Shown here in pieces: positions 62,975 through 64,000 of a stretch of 64,000 bases of DNA. The first letter of the stretch is position 1, and the number at the start of each line of letters is the position of its first letter. Both the position numbers and the translations under genes were made by a program. The stretch is from the human T2T-CHM13v2.0 reference genome, Homo sapiens. The notes under the pieces are model-generated. The model worked only from the letters and a program-made list of their open reading frames with translations. It had not been told where the DNA came from and made no database searches. The DNA is taken from NCBI RefSeq assembly GCF_009914755.1, contig NC_060927.1, one strand, 5' to 3'.

Positions 62975-64000
62975 TCCACCCGGACTGGCGAGTGCACACC
63001 TCCGGCTGACGCCTGCGCCACGTGCTGGGGTCGGAGGCCGAGCTCACCGGCTGGTTGCTCTTTAGAGCGGGCAGGAGCCAGGCGGGCGGCCCGCCCCTCT
63101 AGGGCGGAGACTTCCGGAGCTGCGGACTCACTGGAGCCGAGAACTGGGGCGGCGCGGCGCGGCGCGGTGCATTTCCAGGCGCTGCTCTCCGTCGCAGAGA
63201 ACCCTGAGCTCGGCGCGCCGAGAGTCCCAGCAGGGCAAGGGGGCGCGGCGTCCTGGTCCTCGAGCTTGGGAGACAGATGCGCATGGGCGTGGGGGCATGC
63301 GGACCTAAGCTCGGGTGAAGCTCTCGGGAAGGGCAAGACTGCGGCGACGAGATGCGAGCAGAGGAGCCCTGCGCCCCCGGGGCCCCCAGCGCCCTGGGAG
63401 CCCAGCGCACGCCGGGCCCCGAGCTGCGCCTGTCCAGCCAGCTGCTGCCCGAGCTCTGTACCTTCGTGGTGCGCGTGCTGTTCTACCTGGGGCCTGTCTA
63501 CCTAGCTGGCTACCTGGGGCTCAGCATAACCTGGTTGCTGCTCGGCGCCCTGCTGTGGATGTGGTGGCGCAGGAACCGCCGCGGGAAGCTTGGGCGCCTG
63601 GCCGCCGCCTTCGAATTCCTTGACAATGAACGCGAGTTCATCAGCCGCGAGCTGCGGGGCCAGCACCTGCCAGCCTGGGTGAGCCAAGCCGGGTGGGAGT
63701 GGGAGGTGGGGAGATGCCTTTCGAGGTTCGGAGGAACTTGCGGTCAGCGGGGAGCTGGTGCGCGCAAACCCGAGGCAGGGCGGGAGCCCGGCGACCTGCA
63801 CACCCCGTTCCCCACCGCTCCCGGCGCGCAGACCCTGGGGACGGTGACCGCCCCTCCCGCGGCGCGCAGCACCCTCACGTCCACCTCTGGTCCGACTGCG
63901 GTGGGAGCGGGGAACTTGGGTTTCATTTAAGGCCCCAGAGCTCGAGAGAAGAGTCACGGGCAGACCACACCCGGGAGAAAAACAAGGGCGTCTGGGACTT
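62975..64000. promoter_or_regulatory. ESYT3: CpG island / TATA-less promoter of ESYT3
   Basis: Sharp rise in GC and CpG density; GC boxes at 63084-63089, 63091-63096 and 63102-63107; ETS core ACTTCCGG at 63110-63117; NRF1-like TGCGCATGGGCG at 63278-63289; (GGCGC)n at 63151-63165. Confidence 0.88.
63352..63678 (+). CDS. ESYT3: Extended synaptotagmin-3, first coding exon (aa 1-109; ER hydrophobic hairpin, up to the LPAW motif before the SMP domain)
   Basis: MRAEEPCAPGAPSALGAQRTPGPELRLSSQLLPELCTFVVRVLFYLGPVYLAGYLGLSITWLLLGALLWMWWRRNRRGKLGRLAAAFEFLDNEREFISRELRGQHLPAW; donor TGG|GTGAGC at 63679; 327 nt, phase 0; the gene continues beyond the window. Confidence 0.95.

Noticed and set aside
63091-63107. 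CTCF-like inverted repeat CCGCCC-CTCTA-GGGCGG in the ESYT3 promoter
   Set aside because: Mismatches at key CTCF positions; adequately explained as two opposed GC boxes
63679-63930. C-terminal 83 aa of the 192-aa ORF at 63352
   Set aside because: Lies beyond the consensus donor TGG|GTGAGC; intronic read-through, not ESYT3 coding sequence

Overview
This is primate, very likely human, genomic DNA from the MRAS-ESYT3 locus (3q22). The chromosome position comes from gene identity, not an alignment. The + strand carries all five coding exons of MRAS (M-Ras/R-Ras3; 1437-30835, 627 nt, 208 aa, ending in the CaaX motif CVIL), a 24-kb repeat-rich intron and a ~3.3-kb 3'UTR ending after AATAAA at 34081. 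The MRAS promoter and non-coding first exon lie upstream of the window. A ~28-kb intergenic stretch follows, rich in Alu, L1, L2, MIR, DNA transposons and a dense, partly nested cluster of solo ERV LTRs (48-54.4 kb). The window ends in the CpG island, 5'UTR and first coding exon of ESYT3 (63352-63678). I found no new protein-coding gene or self-contained novel system; the other ORFs look like Alu-derived or chance frames. The most notable items are regulatory and structural: a duplicated MRAS splice donor 17 nt downstream of the normal one, which would give a premature stop; a possible +7 acceptor that would replace the prenylated tail; uORFs in ESYT3; a four-level LTR nest with readable target-site duplications (TSDs); a ~62-bp duplication around an L1; and a flip in Alu orientation between intron and intergenic DNA. 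Repeat subfamily names were assigned by eye from remembered consensus sequences and need RepeatMasker/Dfam confirmation.
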